Of a DNA stretch of 64,000 nucleotides, positions 62,494 to 64,000 are shown piece by piece; within the stretch, counting starts at the first letter, position 1; each line of letters starts with the position of its first letter. This stretch comes from Caldora sp. (GTDB lineage Bacteria; Cyanobacteriota; Cyanobacteriia; Cyanobacteriales; Coleofasciculaceae). The DNA lies in NCBI GenBank assembly GCA_965222765.1, contig CBDCVG010000043.1, positions 97,053 through 161,052 on the forward strand, written 5' to 3'. The notes under the pieces were generated by a model, which worked only from the letters and a program-made list of their open reading frames with translations, was not told where the DNA came from and did not search any database. A program made the position numbers and the translations under genes.

Positions 62494-62943
62494 CTAGATA
62501 TCGCCGCGAATTTCTTCAACAACTCCATCCCGTAGCAGAACTTCAACATTCATTTTCCGCACCAGGTTATCCCCTACTTCAACTCGGAAAAAGCTCTCTA
62601 TTTGACCTTGATTAACCTCTTGATCAAGTTCTAGCATCTGGATTTGTTGCAGTTGTTGTAATTGCTGATTTTTTTGTTCTAGTAGTTCACTTTTCTTTTG
62701 ATTAACCTGAACTTGAATATTTTCGACTTGTTGTGCTACTTGAGGACTAGGGGGTTGTGCACTTTGCTTTTGAATTTCTGCGATCGCTCTTTGTCCTTGT
62801 AAATCTAGCTGTTGTAGCTGAGAGTCGAGTTGGTTGATCTGCTTTTGAAGCTGTTGCTGAACCTCATCCTTCCATCGTGTCGTGACAATGGCTTTGATAT
62901 TAACAGGTCTCTTCAAAAGTAGATTTGATTTAGATTCGTCCAT
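62494..62943 (-). CDS. Hypothetical Gln-rich coiled-coil protein
   Basis: ORF track; heptad-rich Q/L sequence. Confidence 0.45.
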   Translation of the reverse strand: MDESKSNLLLKRPVNIKAIVTTRWKDEVQQQLQKQINQLDSQLQQLDLQGQRAIAEIQKQSAQPPSPQVAQQVENIQVQVNQKKSELLEQKNQQLQQLQQIQMLELDQEVNQGQIESFFRVEVGDNLVRKMNVEVLLRDGVVEEIRGDI

Positions 62944-63091
62944 ATTTGGTTACGTTAATCAGGTCTAATGGCTAAAATGTTTAATTCGTTGTTCTTACTA
63001 ACGTGAACTACCTACAGTGACGCAACGCGAGTACACAGTAGGCTTCCTGTCCAACAGAAAGCGCAATAGTAGATTTCTTGCGTCCTCTATA

Positions 63092-64000
63092 TCAGGCAAA
63101 CATCCCGTTAATGATATCGCGATAATGTTCGGTCACAACGGGTCGCCGGATTTTTAGAGTTCGAGTCATCATGCCATTGTCAATGGAAAATGGCTCTAGA
63201 ATCAACCTAATCTGACTAATACGGTCATCAGGACGATAACCAGGACGATTTTTTACTTCCCGGTTCAATTCCTGCCGGAATAAGTCTTGAATTTCTTTAC
63301 TCTCCAAGTCAATTGCCTTCCGGAAATCTGCTGTTGGTTGTGATTCATCAAACTCTGGTAAATCTAGGTGTAGATTCTGTGAGGTTGCCCATTCTCGCAG
63401 GGTATCAAGATTGGGCACGATTAAAGCTCCCAGCGCTTTTTGATCTTGACCCACTAACATGATTTGGTCAATATAAGCACTCCGCACACAAGCATCCTCA
63501 ATCGGCTGAGGTTCAATATTTTCACCATTGGAGAGAACAATTGTATCTTTAGCTCTTCCCGTCAGTACTAAATTATTTTGGGATGTCACCCAACCCAAAT
63601 CGCCGGTATCAAACCAACCTTCGGCATTGAGGACTTTGGCAGTTGCTTCCGGTTTGTTGTAATAACCTTGCATTACCTGGGGTCCTCGTATCATAACTAA
63701 ACCTCCTTCTCCTTGGGGGAGAGGTTGGCGAGTTTCCGGATCTACAATCTGAATTTCTGTCTGAGGCATCGGTGGCCCTGAAGAACCCCGTAAGTTATAC
63801 CAAGGACGGCGCACATTAGTTACTGGAGAGGTTTCTGTCAAGCCATAGCCTACTAGTACCTCAATACCAACAATTTCAAAAAACTTGTCGATGTGTCTAG
63901 CAAGGGAACCCCCACCACTAATCACTTGCTTGATTTTTCCCCCAGTAGCTTGGCGGACTTTTTGGTAAACTAACTTATCGGCTAGTTGATGGACAGGCCA
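63092..64000 (-). CDS. AMP-dependent synthetase/ligase (long-chain acyl-CoA / acyl-ACP synthetase-like), C-terminal part; gene continues past the window end
   Basis: GYGLTETSP AMP-binding motif and C-terminal domain. The reading frame is open to position 64000. Confidence 0.8.
   Translation of the reverse strand, partial: WPVHQLADKLVYQKVRQATGGKIKQVISGGGSLARHIDKFFEIVGIEVLVGYGLTETSPVTNVRRPWYNLRGSSGPPMPQTEIQIVDPETRQPLPQGEGGLVMIRGPQVMQGYYNKPEATAKVLNAEGWFDTGDLGWVTSQNNLVLTGRAKDTIVLSNGENIEPQPIEDACVRSAYIDQIMLVGQDQKALGALIVPNLDTLREWATSQNLHLDLPEFDESQPTADFRKAIDLESKEIQDLFRQELNREVKNRPGYRPDDRISQIRLILEPFSIDNGMMTRTLKIRRPVVTEHYRDIINGMFA

Noticed and set aside
1-64000. Search for tRNA, rRNA, tmRNA and RNase P hallmarks (GGTTCGAATCC-type T-arms, tag-peptide ORF)
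   Set aside because: No convincing match seen by eye. A covariance-model scan (tRNAscan/Infernal type) would be needed to exclude small RNAs.

Overview
This 64 kb window looks like a chromosomal segment from a filamentous cyanobacterium. HIP1 octamers (GCGATCGC) occur throughout, and heptanucleotide STRR tandem repeats are frequent in intergenic DNA and occasionally in frame inside genes. The window also carries ycf3, a PEP-CTERM protein and several Uma2/DUF820 genes, which supports the lineage call. I call about 48 protein-coding genes. Core metabolism includes a GH3 hexosaminidase (5' end cut by the window), gatC, glcD, mtnA, serA, prmA, pepA, a class-I aminotransferase, a DUF39 homocysteine-biosynthesis-like gene, a hydantoinase-B family gene, a divergent transketolase-family TPP enzyme and a group-II PLP decarboxylase. 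Signalling genes are two tandem paralogous giant hybrid sensor histidine kinases (the first retains a decayed Ser/Thr-kinase N-terminus) and an RsbW / REC-PP2C / RsbV partner-switching module. The accessory and mobile fraction is large. It includes two IS200/IS605-family elements (one tnpA plus frameshifted tnpB, one intact solo tnpB with RE and LE hairpins) and at least three families of small MITE-like repeats. One of these families has TAGGGCTTGCTG terminal inverted repeats that supply the last codons and stop of two unrelated genes. Other accessory genes are a VapBC-like toxin-antitoxin pair, an NB-ARC/STAND NTPase with an uncharacterised N-terminal domain, a GH24 lysozyme fused to a C39-like peptidase sitting directly downstream of an MBOAT acyltransferase, an RTX protein, an LRR lipoprotein, a WD40 protein and a solo ExbD with a Pro-rich repeat tail. 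I found no rRNA, tRNA or CRISPR array.
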